DNA of 64,000 nucleotides, from assembly GCA_053919585.1 (NCBI GenBank), contig CM132794.1, one strand, 5' to 3'. Shown piece by piece: positions 63,561 through 64,000 of the stretch. The notes below the pieces were generated by a model. It saw only the letters and a program-made list of their open reading frames with translations. It did not search any database and was not told the origin of the DNA. Numbering within the stretch: the first letter of the stretch is position 1; each line of letters opens with the position of its first letter. The translations under genes and the position numbers were made by a program. The stretch is from Euprymna scolopes (Eukaryota).

Positions 63561-64000
63561 CAAGCTAAAAATACTATATGGAGTTTTTACTTTTGTGTCC
63601 AAAAGTTAACTACGTAAGAAACACGTATAAAATCTGTATAAAATGGTGTGTGAAATTACCTATTTATTTAAATAATCACCCAAAGTTTCCCGGGAATAAA
63701 AGGTAAAAAAAAGAAGATTTTATTGTTCACGAAGAAGCCGAAATTAGTCTTGGTAATTTTAATTTCGCAATGAAATTATTTTCTAGAATCGACATTTTTC
63801 AAAAGTTTGTTTTAGTGGTCTACGTTGATTCGGTGAAGAATAAAGAAAAAATAAACAGAAATAATGAAGAGGCGAAAAAAACCCAAACAAACAAACAAAC
63901 AAACAAAAAAAAAAAACATGCATAACTACAATAAAACACCCGATAAGATAATTTTATATGTTGAATGCTTATTGAAAATAGTGTAAGATTTTGAGTTCAA

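Overview
AT-rich, microsatellite-dense eukaryotic DNA from an invertebrate animal (repeat landscape reminiscent of a mollusc/cephalopod; inferred, not verified), with 8 assembly gaps. I can support no intact host protein-coding gene, and most ORFs in the track are microsatellite, low-complexity or gap artefacts. The window is mostly decayed mobile elements: two near-full-length Tc3-like IR/DR transposons, DD37D/DD41D-type mariner remnants, about ten non-autonomous Helitron-like elements, a hAT-like MITE family, foldback palindromes, and Penelope-like, CR1-like, RTE, R4-like and Copia fragments. The most interesting layer is non-coding mobile RNA. (i) At least three families of 230-340 nt units combine Pol III (tRNA-like) boxes with a type I hammerhead ribozyme, and each is integrated as a monomer plus terminal redundancy (retrozyme/SM-alpha-like, suggesting circular RNA templates). 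(ii) Several Penelope-type minimal hammerheads. (iii) A 5S rRNA-headed SINE with a TSD. (iv) GC-rich, highly structured inserts with spliceosomal snRNA landmarks: a TSD-flanked element starting with the U1 5' end, and a dimer plus a related fragment with U4-like/Sm-site motifs. The U1-headed insert and the dimer share a GCCTTGTGC..GCAAATAAATA..C-rich tail. All structure and ribozyme calls are by eye and need computational and biochemical confirmation.
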